From the NCBI GenBank assembly GCA_030390025.1, contig CM059432.1:66962001-67026000 (forward strand): a DNA stretch of 64,000 nt, in the 5' to 3' direction. The notes below the pieces were generated by a model. The model worked only from the letters and a program-made list of their open reading frames with translations. It was not told the DNA's origin and ran no database searches. Positions 63,483 to 64,000 of the stretch are shown here, piece after piece. Position 1 is the stretch's first letter. Each line of letters begins with the position of its first letter. This DNA is from Squalus acanthias (Eukaryota). The position numbers were made by a program, and so were the translations under genes.

Positions 63483-64000
63483 GGGAGCGATTTTCTCCCA
63501 ATACTTTAGGTGCTAAAGAGGCTCCGAGGTGGCCAAGATAGGGTCTTGAGCTGCAACGTCGCTTTAGCCCACCTTTAGTGCAAGATGCCATCTTGGTAAA
63601 GGAGTTGAAGCAGTGCTAGGAACGGCCGCCACAAGGATCGTTGAGGCTCTGATTACCAATTAAATTGGCTGCTAGTGCTAATTAAAGAGGCTACATGCCA
63701 TTTTGCTGGCTAACACTGCAATTAATGACCTCTCCCAACAGCGACCAGTTGAACAGGAGTAAAGAAGTTGTTGCTGAGGATTTTGAGTGCTACTTAAAGC
63801 CTTGCTCAGCTTTCACTGTTCACTTGCTGCTGGAAATCGACTGGCCAGACTGAGTTTGAAGAGGACTTTTGAGACACATCGAGAGACTTTCTGGGACATT
63901 TTATCAAGGCTTCACCAACACTCTAGCAACATTTTTCCCAAAAATTCTCTGAGGACTTCATCTAAAGAGAGTGAGTGCAGGAATGCTGTCATCCAGAGAG
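63483..64000. mobile_element. Left end of a further Harbinger-like element
   Basis: taa-gggagcgattttc terminus similar to 41968; runs off the end of the window. Confidence 0.5.

Overview
Eukaryotic, repeat-saturated DNA with no recognisable host gene. It is most consistent with an intronic or intergenic region of a cartilaginous fish (shark or ray), inferred from CR1 LINEs with (TTCTATG)n tails, SacSINE1-like DeuSINEs and abundant PIF/Harbinger elements. Almost every long ORF is transposon-derived and damaged: CR1 LINEs (one near full length at 30444-34493), an ORF2-only LINE with a tRNA-like head and a matching SINE, L2, a Vingi-like LINE, at least ten Harbinger elements or MITEs (one near-intact DDE transposase and two spliced Myb/SANT pseudogenes), hAT-type MITEs, two solo LTRs, and a fragmented LTR retroelement/ERV with a tRNA-Arg primer-binding site and a gag-position ORF. 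The least obvious signals are minimal hammerhead ribozyme motifs in Penelope-like insertions (one is a perfect 179-bp palindrome with a 15-bp target duplication), the tRNA-headed LINE/SINE pair, Harbinger families with distinct subterminal motifs, and nested insertions whose junctions give a relative chronology. All family names come from motif recognition by eye, not database searches.
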